64,000 bases of DNA from a virus (IMGVR_UViG_3300033121_002078:30623-94622); one strand, 5' to 3'; positions 48,443 to 59,156 are shown, counted from the first letter of the stretch. Made by a program: numbers and translations. Notes: generated by a model from the sequence alone, not told the origin.

Positions 48443-51400
48443 GTTTAGAAAATGACTCATACAAAATAACTATAACAAGTGATGCTATACAGTCACAGGG
48501 CAGGACTTTTCAATCACTAGAAAATGCTCTTAACATTCAATCTAACTTAGATAACAAGACAACCTCTGTCCCTGTTAGAAACTCTCTCAAAGACGAATTT
48601 AATGCTCAAATAGCAAATTCGTATCAAGTTTTATTCACGACAATGACAGATCTGCAACCAATACAATCTTCGTTCACTACGCTGGCAAACTATATAAAAA
48701 AGAAATATCAAGTCAATTCTTTGGATGAGTTTTTAACAAACGAAAACAAAAAAGTAAGCTCGGAGTTTGCACAAGTAAGCACTATCTTGGGAGAAAATAT
48801 TAGTGCCGCCAACATAGGCACTAATTTAAGACCAACAGGTTCACTAAGCGGAACAATAGCAGACCAATATGGAGTCAAGTTATCTGGAGTTTCTGTAGTT
48901 ATTACACTAAACAATGTTTCATACACAACAACAACATCAAGTAGTGGAACATATAGTATTCAAAAAGTAATACCTAACACTTATTCTTTCTCTGCAAAAA
49001 AAACAAATTATCCCAATGGCACTGGATCTGTAACAATAAATCCAAACAAAAACACGGTCCACAACCAAACTCTTTCAGGCACTGCATCTAACGTTTTAAA
49101 TTTTGTTGTAACATCAGGAGTTGAGCAAAACACATTAACATGGAACAATCCTGTTTCTGAATTTTCTGGTGTAATTATCAGATTTAGCACAACTGGATAC
49201 CCAACTTCTGTTACTGATGGAACTTTATTAACTAATACAACAGGACAAAGTTACACACATACATCGCTGACTAATATCGCATATTACTATACTGCTTTTT
49301 CTTATAATAATGGTATTAGCACATACTACAGCAGTGGAGTTACTGGAACGGCAACGCCAACAATAGCTCTTTTAGATTTTGTCACAGAACCATTAACAAT
49401 TGTAATCCCAAATCAATCCAGTTTAACTTCTGGAGTCTGGCACAAAGTCAGTGGTGGCGGTTTTACCGAACGTACTATAGTACAAACTGGAGCATTCACA
49501 AACTACACCAGTACAACAAGCACAGATCAAATTCTATTAACTGCATACAGCGGACCTGCAGGAGTCGAACTGGGCTTCTGGAGTATTGCACAAAAATTGG
49601 ATAATAATACTATTCAATTAGAGGTTGATATTGGCACAAACGGAGCAGCAAACATAGTTGGGATGCTTCAAATTGAGTATGCTGCTAACGAACTTAAAAA
49701 CCATATAACCTCAAGTCTTGGAGTAACACCAACAATTTCAACTTCTGCATCAGTAAGCGGAATCAACATACACTTGGGAAGAAGTACTTATGTCGATACT
49801 CAAATTCCTGAAGTGTCCAGCCTTGATGCAGAAGGATATATAATTGTTGGAGTTGATGCTCGTAACTATATCATTGCTGGTTCTACCGATATGGGTACAG
49901 AATTTGGTGTGTACGAATTCTTGGAGAGATATTTTGGAGTAGTATGGGCATTTCCTGATTCCACATCTCTTCCAACATCTGTATCATCGGTCATTGGTAC
50001 TGCAACTCTATCTGGAGCAGAAATTCCGACATACTCAAGTCTTACAGTTGCAGCAACTAAAATAACACACGAACCGTACTATCTTACTCGATATCCTACA
50101 GGACTTGGCAGCAACAGTACTTTGGGAGCTGCTGATATATATGCCAATGTACATACAAGATGGGCAAGAAGAAACAGATTTTCAGACAGAAACGAAGGAA
50201 GACACTATTTGGCTTCACTCATGGCCCCTGGCGATCCACCAGCAAACATAATCTTTGGATTACAATTAACCTATAATTTTGCAAACAATGCAAGTCCGAA
50301 TTACCATCCAGAATATTATCGTGATGGAACTTTGGCTGGAATTCCATATACCCCATCTGCATCTGGAAATAACTGGGTTCCAAATTACACAGAACCTGGC
50401 ACCGTAACAGCCGTTTTAGGTAATGTTAAAAAAGTTTTTGACCTGTTTAGTTTGCAAGAAGGTGTATCAGTTTCAGCAGGAGATACTGACTATTATGATT
50501 CGTCTGCAACAAGTTTACTACAAAGGCAATCCGTAGAGTCAGCCTCTTTTTCTGGTACAACAGTAACTATTGCAGGTGGAGACTACAGAACTAAATATAA
50601 AAATGGTGACTATTGGGTCATATACAATTCCGCTCAAGGATGGTATTGGCTTAGAAAACTATCCAATGTCCAATATAGTGGCGGAAATACAACGTTTACT
50701 GTTGACTACACAATGGGAAGCAAAACAACAGGATATATTGGCAACCTTAATATAAAAACAAACGAAAACCATTCATGGGAAACCTTTAAGTGGACAAATG
50801 ACCTATTAACACAACTTAATGCTACACCAGGCTACGAAAACAAAAGAATTGGCAATTTAGGATACAGAGGAACCCTTGACCCACCAGACATACCAAATGT
50901 GGGAGGCGACTTAGCTTTCTCTGTTTCTAATCCGTTAAGTTCTAAACTGGTTGCGTTTTTCGCATTCGAACGCATCAGATGGCTAGATACCACCTTTAGA
51001 AATAAAGATTTATACCAATCACATTTTCAACGTTGGAAATCAACTGGCGTAACTATGGGCACTTACGATTATGTATACGGAGAAGTATACTGTGTTCCAC
51101 GACTTTATACAAACACAATGCAAGAATACCTAGAATATGACTACAACAACGGTTGTAGACACTGGATAGGTGAATTTGCAGGAATGTCCATTTTGGAAGG
51201 TCCAAAAAACTGGGTACTAATGAAGCTTCTTTGGAATCCTGCACAAAATGCTGATGATCTTGTACTGCAATGGTGTGTGGCATGTGTTGGTTCTGTAGCT
51301 GGTACTTATCTAAAACTGTTTTACGACACATGGACCAATTTCTGGGAATCTGACGTAGTACAAAATTCAAGCTATCTAACTTTCATGAATGATTACGGGA

Positions 51401-52716
51401 GTTCTTCCACAGGCAGCTATGAAAACGGATCGTTTCTTGATTTTAATAATATGTCCTATTTAGGAATAACTGCTGCACATAATGCTTTTATAACAGCCGA
51501 AACTTATATGACAAATGTTCTTTCTAGTGCAACTGGCACACACTTAAAAAGAGCACAATTGCTTAACAACCACTTTTCTTTTTATAAGGCACATGACAGA
51601 GCATATTATCCGAGAACATATGCAAGAAACGTAGCTACCGGCACCAATGTAACTCCAAGTACCCCCCTTGTTGAGTTAGCAGTAGATGCTTTTGTTGATG
51701 GACTAACTGGACAACAAGACAGGTATGACTGGGTAACTGCAAATCCAGCAAGAAACTATCATGCCGCAGGCAACTTTACAGGAATCAACGACAGCAATGC
51801 TGAAACTATTGGCAATAGTTGGCACAATGAGCTTTTGTACAGATTAATACCACATGCATCAACAACCCTTAGTGTTGATTATTCATCCAAAACAGTAGAC
51901 GAAGTAATAACAGACATTTACGAGAATGCTACCACAGATTATCCAGACTTTTATTCTACTGTCAAAGACAATATTACTAATTATTATTATGCAGTTGACA
52001 ACTCTTACACCAATCTTATAGATGGGTCTTTTGAACAAGCAAGCCTTAGTGGCGGATCTACGCCTTGGGCATCATCAGCAGCAAGTTACACTTTAGATAC
52101 AACGAAGAAACGTTCTGGATCTAAGTCTTTAAAGATCACAGGGACTCTAACTCATGGTGTTATAACAAACAACGGAGATATTCGTTGCAACAACACTCAA
52201 AATCAGGTCAATGGTGGAGCTGGACAAGCAGGCAATTATATCTTTACTGGTTACATGTATTGCAATACAGCCCCAGTTGGCACGCTAAATTTCAATATTA
52301 TATCAAGAAAAGACGTTGGAGATGTTGACCCCGGACACGCTGCTGCAGCCACACCCTTAAGCGGTGTGTTTTATCCAGTAGCCGGAGAATGGGTTCCGTT
52401 TTATTTCTTCTTCAACATTCCAGAAGATTATATGGTTACATTAGACATTACAATGTTTAACGGGCTTGAAACAGGTGACACAGTGTGGCTTGATGATTTA
52501 GCCGTAAACTACATTGAGTATAATAGTGTCAGTTCTGTTTCAGAACCAACACCAGGAAACGTAACTTGGACATTTGATAACACTGTTGACCCCGGAGTTG
52601 TACTTGCTGATTGTCTTGGTTTACAAGTTAAAAGAAATTCGGATTGGGTTACTCCAGACAGTCTTGTTTCTGTTGGTTCTTCATCAGTAACCCTGCATTA
52701 CACATATACTAGCTAA
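48439..52716 (+). CDS. Large virion surface protein: Ig/FN3-like domains, DUF4838-like glycoside-hydrolase-type region, C-terminal CBM-like domain
   Basis: GSLSGTI...G.YSI, LTWNNP..YYYTAF, EGYII...GTEFGVYEFLE, LMKLLWNP, NLIDGSFE...WLDDL. Confidence 0.65.
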   Translation: MSLENDSYKITITSDAIQSQGRTFQSLENALNIQSNLDNKTTSVPVRNSLKDEFNAQIANSYQVLFTTMTDLQPIQSSFTTLANYIKKKYQVNSLDEFLTNENKKVSSEFAQVSTILGENISAANIGTNLRPTGSLSGTIADQYGVKLSGVSVVITLNNVSYTTTTSSSGTYSIQKVIPNTYSFSAKKTNYPNGTGSVTINPNKNTVHNQTLSGTASNVLNFVVTSGVEQNTLTWNNPVSEFSGVIIRFSTTGYPTSVTDGTLLTNTTGQSYTHTSLTNIAYYYTAFSYNNGISTYYSSGVTGTATPTIALLDFVTEPLTIVIPNQSSLTSGVWHKVSGGGFTERTIVQTGAFTNYTSTTSTDQILLTAYSGPAGVELGFWSIAQKLDNNTIQLEVDIGTNGAANIVGMLQIEYAANELKNHITSSLGVTPTISTSASVSGINIHLGRSTYVDTQIPEVSSLDAEGYIIVGVDARNYIIAGSTDMGTEFGVYEFLERYFGVVWAFPDSTSLPTSVSSVIGTATLSGAEIPTYSSLTVAATKITHEPYYLTRYPTGLGSNSTLGAADIYANVHTRWARRNRFSDRNEGRHYLASLMAPGDPPANIIFGLQLTYNFANNASPNYHPEYYRDGTLAGIPYTPSASGNNWVPNYTEPGTVTAVLGNVKKVFDLFSLQEGVSVSAGDTDYYDSSATSLLQRQSVESASFSGTTVTIAGGDYRTKYKNGDYWVIYNSAQGWYWLRKLSNVQYSGGNTTFTVDYTMGSKTTGYIGNLNIKTNENHSWETFKWTNDLLTQLNATPGYENKRIGNLGYRGTLDPPDIPNVGGDLAFSVSNPLSSKLVAFFAFERIRWLDTTFRNKDLYQSHFQRWKSTGVTMGTYDYVYGEVYCVPRLYTNTMQEYLEYDYNNGCRHWIGEFAGMSILEGPKNWVLMKLLWNPAQNADDLVLQWCVACVGSVAGTYLKLFYDTWTNFWESDVVQNSSYLTFMNDYGSSSTGSYENGSFLDFNNMSYLGITAAHNAFITAETYMTNVLSSATGTHLKRAQLLNNHFSFYKAHDRAYYPRTYARNVATGTNVTPSTPLVELAVDAFVDGLTGQQDRYDWVTANPARNYHAAGNFTGINDSNAETIGNSWHNELLYRLIPHASTTLSVDYSSKTVDEVITDIYENATTDYPDFYSTVKDNITNYYYAVDNSYTNLIDGSFEQASLSGGSTPWASSAASYTLDTTKKRSGSKSLKITGTLTHGVITNNGDIRCNNTQNQVNGGAGQAGNYIFTGYMYCNTAPVGTLNFNIISRKDVGDVDPGHAAAATPLSGVFYPVAGEWVPFYFFFNIPEDYMVTLDITMFNGLETGDTVWLDDLAVNYIEYNSVSSVSEPTPGNVTWTFDNTVDPGVVLADCLGLQVKRNSDWVTPDSLVSVGSSSVTLHYTYTS

Positions 52717-52725
52717 AGGAATTCT

Positions 52726-53475
52726 ATGAGCTTAAAATTTACTGCAGGACAAGGAGGCAGATGCCAAACAGCAACCAGCCCAACAGGAAGAGGTACGAGT
52801 GACTACACTATATCGTGTTGGATTAAGCTTACAGCCAGAACAGACCAATCTGTATTCATGCAAGTTCAGGATGGTTCACATGGTTTTCAAGGAATAACAC
52901 AGTTAGTTGTAAGCTCAAACTCTTATGGAAGCTATGAGAGTTTAACAAATCACCAATTTAGCACAATTGTATCTTTAAACACTTGGCATCATTTAGTTGT
53001 TAGAAGATCTAGCGGAACAGGATCTGGCTGGCTAGACGGTGTGCAAGATTTAGCAAACTTTGCTACCAGTGTTAACTGGGGAGCATTTCAGTTGACTGTT
53101 GGTGGCAATTTAAATGGTTCCGCAAATTTCACTGGCATGATTACAGATACTGCCGTATGGACAACTGCATTAAGTGATTCTACAATAGCAGAAATTTACA
53201 ATAACACATATCTTGCATCTTCTTATGCTCCAGATTATGTTTATTGGAAACTAGACCAAACAACCGGAACACCAGCAACTTCTGACAGCGGACTAGCCGA
53301 TCAAGTTGATTCTAATCACTTAACAATTGTATCATCTTCTGGTATGTCATGGCAAAATGATAGTCCCGGCTTGATTGCTGCACCCAAATCATCCAACTGG
53401 AGAGTACACAAGAACAGCGTAATATTTGACAACGGTCTTGCACTAAAAAGAAACCAGACAGGTGTAACTGGCTAA
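52726..53475 (+). CDS. LamG/concanavalin A-like domain protein
   Basis: YTISCWIK, WHHLVV, WLDG, FTGMITD.AVW..ALS. Confidence 0.8.
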   Translation: MSLKFTAGQGGRCQTATSPTGRGTSDYTISCWIKLTARTDQSVFMQVQDGSHGFQGITQLVVSSNSYGSYESLTNHQFSTIVSLNTWHHLVVRRSSGTGSGWLDGVQDLANFATSVNWGAFQLTVGGNLNGSANFTGMITDTAVWTTALSDSTIAEIYNNTYLASSYAPDYVYWKLDQTTGTPATSDSGLADQVDSNHLTIVSSSGMSWQNDSPGLIAAPKSSNWRVHKNSVIFDNGLALKRNQTGVTG

Positions 53476-53924
53476 CCAGTAGATCCAAATCCGCCCGAAT
53501 CACGATCTGTATTTGATAATTCTTCTGCCCACTCAAATTCGGCAGATTCGGTCTTCCGAATAACAATTTGAGCTATTTTATCGCCCTTTTTATATATTGT
53601 TGGCTCACAAAAAATTCCATACTCGGTTAACCAATTTTTCTGTGGCACCACCTTAAATCTTACCAATAAATTTCCGCGATAACCATTATCCACCAGCCCA
53701 ATACTGTTCGCCAAAACAAGATCGTATTTACTTATAGATGATCGTGGAAAGATTTCTATATGATAGCCATCAGGAGGTTCTACAGCTATACCTGTATCAT
53801 ATTCAATATATGTATCAGAAAATCTAGGATCAGCAACTGCCACAAGATCGTAGCCAGCATCTCCAGTTTTTGCACTTTTTGGCAACACTGCATCTGGATG
53901 AACTTTTCTAACTTTAATGTTCAT
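53472..53924 (-). CDS. dut: dUTP diphosphatase
   Basis: AGYDL, PRSS, GLVDNGYRG, GDKIAQ, RDSGGFGSTG; track start is 53951. Confidence 0.95.
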   Translation of the reverse strand: MNIKVRKVHPDAVLPKSAKTGDAGYDLVAVADPRFSDTYIEYDTGIAVEPPDGYHIEIFPRSSISKYDLVLANSIGLVDNGYRGNLLVRFKVVPQKNWLTEYGIFCEPTIYKKGDKIAQIVIRKTESAEFEWAEELSNTDRDSGGFGSTG

Positions 53925-53943
53925 GTATTTCCTTGTTATAAAA

Positions 53944-56900
53944 TCAACCACATTTACTGTAATGACAAGCTGGACATTTAACGCAACTAGACTGCTTAAT
54001 CATTTGCTCCGTTTTGCCCTCTTTGGCACATTCTGGACATTCCATTCCAGTTGAAACAGCAACACCACTTTCTAAGTATTTGGTTTTAAATAAACGTCCA
54101 ACCACCTTTGAAAAACTATTGAGGTGTTCATTGCTGTTATCTATTTGTTGTACTATAAATTCTGCAGGGATTCTATGTCTTAATTCAAGAGAAAAACGAC
54201 GTGTTTCCAGACCAATTTTTGGATCGATATGATTTTCTTCATCAATTATGTTCTGAATTAGTACGTTACCATCCTCATCTGTAAGTGTATAGTTTCTCTT
54301 TTTATTTTTAACTACTCTTCCAGACTTGGGCAATTCAACTCTTCCGTTTACGGCAAATAATTCATATGGCTTTTCATCGATCTTTCCAATAATAATGTGC
54401 CAATCAATTCCATCTGCTTTTGTTTTGTGAATATCACAATTCACTGTCTTTGGACGTTTTACTGCAGCATATTCACTGCTGGTTTTGTCAGAATTTAAAA
54501 CTTGTACTGTTTTAGAACCATCTCTGTAGATAGTAATTCCCTTGCAATTATTTTTCCATGCAAACATATATGCTGACACAACATCTTCGATTGTAGCAGA
54601 ATTACTCATGTTTATTGTTTTGCTAACTCCGCTATCAATATACTTCTGAAAAACTGCCTGCATCTTAACGTGGCTTTCCCAACTTACCACACGCTGTGGA
54701 TCTTTATCAATTGCACATTTAAACCACGGTTTATCACTATCAGGGTGGGGAATTTCATACTGCCCTGTATTATCGTTTCTAAAGACTGTTGAACTAAATA
54801 TTGGTTCTATCGAACTGCTACATCCAGCAATTAAAGAAATGGAACCAGTCGGTGCAATAGTTAATAGTGTCACTGATCTGCGATAATTTAACTCTTTAAA
54901 ATTGCACGAATCTGGGGTGCCTCTTTCCTCTGCAAGTTGAACTGACATTTTGTTGGCATGTCTATAAAAGAATTCTGCTATTTTTTCTGCAAGCTCAAAA
55001 GATTTTTCTGATCCATATTCTATCTGCATCTTCAGAAACAAATCAGCCAAACCCATAATCCCTAAACCAATGGGGCGATTCTTCTTTGCCCACTCTTCAA
55101 ATTCTATAGATGGATAAGTGTTATTGCTTACAACATCATCCAAGAATTTGACTGCAGCACAAATACATTTTTTAAGTCTTGCCCAGTCAACGTTTTCAAA
55201 ATCGCTAGGATTATCAGTTTTTAACACAAAAAACTTAGCTACATCAACACTTCCAAGGTTGCAAACTCCAAAAGGTGGCAAAGGTTGTTCCCCGCAATTT
55301 TTGTAAACAACTGTCCTATAACGACTTACAGAAAGTTTATTGTGTTTTGTGTCTGGTTTGCTGTTGTGGCTACTTAAAATGCACAAATTATGATGTTCAT
55401 CTACTGTAATATTATAGACATCAGCAAAATCTTTCAGAATTTCAACAGACACTACTTTGTGGTTGACAGAGCAATTTTCGCACAATTTATTGGCAAGATT
55501 GTTCAATGCCTCAAATCCGCCGTTTCTAATTAATGATTGTGTGGAGCATATTTCTGTCATATCTTTTTTGGTTGGACCCCTTCCATTCTTAATAGTCCAA
55601 TCAACGATTGCTCCTGCAATCATCTTCTGAGACATTTTTGAGTTAGGAGTTAATGAGGCAAATATTCCTCGTTCAACTAATTTATCGTTCAAATTTTGAA
55701 AATTGCCAAATCGTTTACGGATTAATTCTCTGCTACTCACTGCATCTTCAAAATTTTCCCAAGTAATTACAGTTGGATATACACCAGTTTTTTTTACAAA
55801 ATTGATAGCACTTATAATTATATCTTCATCAGAAATATCTTGCTGATTCCCGCACTCAACAGAACAATACCTAAATTTCTCATAGGATTTTATTGAAAAC
55901 TCTTTTCCGCAGTATTCACACTTTTTGACAACTACAGGAGACTTTAAGGAGTCATATAATCCTGCTTCCCAGTGTTTCTTTTTGTCGTTTGATATTTTGT
56001 TTTTCAGTTTGTCATCAAATGCATTTCTAGTGTTTACACTTATTTTTTTTCTATACTCTTTGTCTGCACATCGTTCTTTGGTTTTTTGTCCAATCTTATA
56101 AAGTGTTTCTTTTTTATGTCTACGACCATACATCCTATTTTTCTCACCCGCAGTTGATTTAGACATATTATCATGGTATCGCTGCTTTTCTTCTGCGGTT
56201 GCATTTGGATACCAATGAGTCATTGGATTATTAAACTGTCGATGATAAATAGAGTGTTCTTCAAATGTCATTTTTTGTAAATTATTAATATCATTGTTAA
56301 GCCCATTGAAATCTTTGTGATGAATAAGCTCTCCATCATTGATGGCATCTTTTAAAAACTCATATATCATTTTATGTTCTGACTTTGTTGGCTTGCCATC
56401 TCCATGAATCACCCCTAAATATTTACTTCTGTGCGAAATGTATTCAAACTTGGTCATGGACATCACAGAATCTCCAACCAACAAATTTTTTACTTCTACA
56501 TATTGCCCATTTCTTAGTAGTATTCTGTGATCTGGTGTAGTTATAACGCTTCCACCATCATCAAAGTTGACTTTGCAAAGATTTACATTTTCTCTTGTCT
56601 TGCGGGGATTCCTTCCCCACCGAATGTTGATATCTCCTGTTTTTGGATTGCAACAATAAACAGGAACATCCTTGCCTTCTTCTGCTAACTGTTTGATGGA
56701 AACAAAGTTTCGTCCATCAGCCACGGCAACCATTGAATCTCCATGAAAACACGGGTTCGTGGCATCTATCCATTGTTTGCTAAGTTTGTAAGGTCCATCG
56801 TTTATTCTGTCTTCAAACAGAAGACCGGGATCACCATTATTCCATGCGTTTTCTGCTATAGAATAAAACAATTCTTTGGCTTTTACGGTTGAATATGTTT

Positions 56901-57636
56901 TCCCATTAAACTTTAAATCCCAATTTTCGTCATTTTCCACTGCACGCATAAACTCATCATTTACGAAAACACTTATATTGAAATTGGATATAAATTTATC
57001 CAACAAAACATTTAGATCACGAGACTTAGTTAACAACTCAAGATTTCGTCCAATATCTTCTTTAAGAAGAGTTTTAAGAGCACGTTCATGTCTTTTGCAC
57101 TTAATAAAGTTTAAAACATCTGGATGACTAACATGAATAGTTCCCATGTTTGCCATACCACGAATACCAGATTGTGTAATGCTGGACATTGCCTCGCTGA
57201 CCATACGCATTGCTTCTATTGGACCGCAGGCTTTAGCATGAGATGAACCGAACACCTTGTCGCCTTCTGGACGAATTTTCGTAAACGAAACTCCACATCC
57301 TCCTGCAGCACGAGCTACATCTCCAAAACGTTCGATATTTTTTACAATGTCCTTCCATGTATCTTCTGGAGCTTTTGTTACATAACACGCAGATAAACCG
57401 CCACGAGAATTAGCACGACCAGCATTAACCAGACATGGTGTATTTGGCAAAAATTCTGTTTTCAAGATAATGTCATATATTTCTTTTTTGTATCCTTCGC
57501 TTTCGTCTTTACAAACAAAATCAACAACTCTGTGAGCAAGTCCTGCCCAATCTTCTACAAAATTTCCAGCGTCATCTTTTTGATAATATCTTTTTTTGAG
57601 AACGTTTTCACCAACAGGATTTATCGAGTACGACAT
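53944..57636 (-). CDS. nrdJ: Class II (adenosylcobalamin-dependent) ribonucleotide reductase with intein
   Basis: FLPNTPCLVNAG, LSACY, TNP-[intein]-CGEQ, CNLGS, TIAPTGS, C-terminal CPACHYSKCG; no small subunit nearby. Confidence 0.9.
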   Translation of the reverse strand: MSYSINPVGENVLKKRYYQKDDAGNFVEDWAGLAHRVVDFVCKDESEGYKKEIYDIILKTEFLPNTPCLVNAGRANSRGGLSACYVTKAPEDTWKDIVKNIERFGDVARAAGGCGVSFTKIRPEGDKVFGSSHAKACGPIEAMRMVSEAMSSITQSGIRGMANMGTIHVSHPDVLNFIKCKRHERALKTLLKEDIGRNLELLTKSRDLNVLLDKFISNFNISVFVNDEFMRAVENDENWDLKFNGKTYSTVKAKELFYSIAENAWNNGDPGLLFEDRINDGPYKLSKQWIDATNPCFHGDSMVAVADGRNFVSIKQLAEEGKDVPVYCCNPKTGDINIRWGRNPRKTRENVNLCKVNFDDGGSVITTPDHRILLRNGQYVEVKNLLVGDSVMSMTKFEYISHRSKYLGVIHGDGKPTKSEHKMIYEFLKDAINDGELIHHKDFNGLNNDINNLQKMTFEEHSIYHRQFNNPMTHWYPNATAEEKQRYHDNMSKSTAGEKNRMYGRRHKKETLYKIGQKTKERCADKEYRKKISVNTRNAFDDKLKNKISNDKKKHWEAGLYDSLKSPVVVKKCEYCGKEFSIKSYEKFRYCSVECGNQQDISDEDIIISAINFVKKTGVYPTVITWENFEDAVSSRELIRKRFGNFQNLNDKLVERGIFASLTPNSKMSQKMIAGAIVDWTIKNGRGPTKKDMTEICSTQSLIRNGGFEALNNLANKLCENCSVNHKVVSVEILKDFADVYNITVDEHHNLCILSSHNSKPDTKHNKLSVSRYRTVVYKNCGEQPLPPFGVCNLGSVDVAKFFVLKTDNPSDFENVDWARLKKCICAAVKFLDDVVSNNTYPSIEFEEWAKKNRPIGLGIMGLADLFLKMQIEYGSEKSFELAEKIAEFFYRHANKMSVQLAEERGTPDSCNFKELNYRRSVTLLTIAPTGSISLIAGCSSSIEPIFSSTVFRNDNTGQYEIPHPDSDKPWFKCAIDKDPQRVVSWESHVKMQAVFQKYIDSGVSKTINMSNSATIEDVVSAYMFAWKNNCKGITIYRDGSKTVQVLNSDKTSSEYAAVKRPKTVNCDIHKTKADGIDWHIIIGKIDEKPYELFAVNGRVELPKSGRVVKNKKRNYTLTDEDGNVLIQNIIDEENHIDPKIGLETRRFSLELRHRIPAEFIVQQIDNSNEHLNSFSKVVGRLFKTKYLESGVAVSTGMECPECAKEGKTEQMIKQSSCVKCPACHYSKCG
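55297..56751 (-). mobile_element. Intein (485 aa) with HNH endonuclease at the RNR active-site NP/C
   Basis: CFHGDS start, TPDHR block B, HHKDFNGLNNDINNL HNH, DVYNITVDEHHN...YKN followed by Cys. Confidence 0.9.
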
Positions 57637-57812
57637 TGAACCATCACTCCTTGATTATATATATAATAGCAATATACATTGCATTCACTAGCCGATCCTA
57701 CGCATGGAATTATAATTTAACGATATATCTTCAAGTGCTTGAAAGATATAAAGATATGGCTGCTAATTTTTGGTATTTTAATCAACACAATTTTTTGTTC
57801 ACAACATAAATT

Positions 57813-58532
57813 TTAGTTCTTGTTAAGAACTAATTTCTTGACATAATTTTGGCGGCCAATTGCGTGTTTTGAATCTAAAGAAGTAAGCACATCCTGCAAC
57901 CTTTGACGAGGGCCTAAAACATTTGTGTTAGAGCAATTTATAATTGGCACAGGACAATCATTCCTTATAAACTCCAAAGCTTTCACACAATGCATAAGAG
58001 TGTTGTCGGTATGAAAACTGTTAACTCCCCAAAAGTCTGTTTTAAAATCTGGAGTGCCCTTTTTTCCACTATAACAACAGTCACAACCCAAAAAAACAAT
58101 AGGTGAGCATCCCAAGGCTACCGCGAACTCGGCAGCCAAAGCACCAGAATTACCCCTGCCGTATAACACATGAGTCTGTCCCACAAACTGAAAGGGGTCT
58201 CCTTTGAGATAGAAATTGTAATATATGTGACGCGGATCTGCAATATCTCTACACACTTTTAAGCATTGTAAATTATGAAGTTTTTGGTGTTCAGTATTCC
58301 ACAACCCTATGTCTTGCCACATTAAAATTGTTGGGTCCAGCAACTTAAACGCCCTATTTATTCCAATCGTGAAATATTTATCAAGCAAATGAACTGGTTC
58401 GTTTGCAATGCTTGGACCGTTTCCAAGAATAAAACATGGAACACCCTTAAGACGGGAAACCCATTCTCTGGTAACATATCTTTGTAGGCGTGATTGTCGT
58501 GCAAGAATTTGCTTGTTTTTTGTTCTTATCAT
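57813..58532 (-). CDS. DUF115/MptE-like (Maf-related) protein
   Basis: CFILGNGPS, IGINR, IVFLGCDC. Confidence 0.65.
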   Translation of the reverse strand: MIRTKNKQILARQSRLQRYVTREWVSRLKGVPCFILGNGPSIANEPVHLLDKYFTIGINRAFKLLDPTILMWQDIGLWNTEHQKLHNLQCLKVCRDIADPRHIYYNFYLKGDPFQFVGQTHVLYGRGNSGALAAEFAVALGCSPIVFLGCDCCYSGKKGTPDFKTDFWGVNSFHTDNTLMHCVKALEFIRNDCPVPIINCSNTNVLGPRQRLQDVLTSLDSKHAIGRQNYVKKLVLNKN

Positions 58533-58699
58533 TGTGAATATAATACAATTATACTGCCAAAAAACTTATGTCAAATTTGGCATAACTGCCAAATAATAAA
58601 CATATCACCTTAATTTTTCAATAAAAACTGCATACTTTTGTGGAACACGAATTGATATTGTGTGTTGTAGCAGCATTTTTTATTATAAGGAGGATTACA

Positions 58700-59104
58700 A
58701 TGCTAGCAGTAAACAATCGTTTCGCACACCTACTTGATGGTTTTGGTGGTGGCTTCGTCAATGGCTGGGAAGCAGAACAGCTTCGTGTAGAAGCATACAC
58801 TACTTCTGATGCTCATGTTATTAGAGCAGAAGTTCCAGGTGTTTCAAAGGAGAATGTTGAAATTGAATACAAAAACGGAATATTAGAAATTTGTGTAGAA
58901 AAAAAGAAATTCAAAACAGATAAAACAGACAACTACTCTATTCAGGAAGTCAATTATGGAAAAGTAAAGCGAAGATTCCAAATGCCAGATCATGTAGATG
59001 GAGAAAATATTTCTGCTGATCTAAAAGATGGGATATTAACAATAAACATTCCTATAGAACCCGAAAAGAGGACAAAAAAAATTGAAGTAAAAAGTTTGCC
59101 ATAA
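58700..59104 (+). CDS. Hsp20/alpha-crystallin small heat shock protein
   Basis: AEVPGVSKENVEI, YGKVKRRFQMP, ISADLKDGILTINIP; AGGAGG SD before ATG 58700 (track start 58640). Confidence 0.92.
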   Translation: MLAVNNRFAHLLDGFGGGFVNGWEAEQLRVEAYTTSDAHVIRAEVPGVSKENVEIEYKNGILEICVEKKKFKTDKTDNYSIQEVNYGKVKRRFQMPDHVDGENISADLKDGILTINIPIEPEKRTKKIEVKSLP

Positions 59105-59127
59105 AACAAATTAACAAACTTACTTTT

Positions 59128-59155
59128 AAAGACGCCACTAAATGTGGCGTTTTTT
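59128..59155 (+). terminator. Terminator between convergent genes
   Basis: GACGCCAC-TAAAT-GTGGCGTT followed by a T run. Confidence 0.7.
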
Positions 59156-59156
59156 A

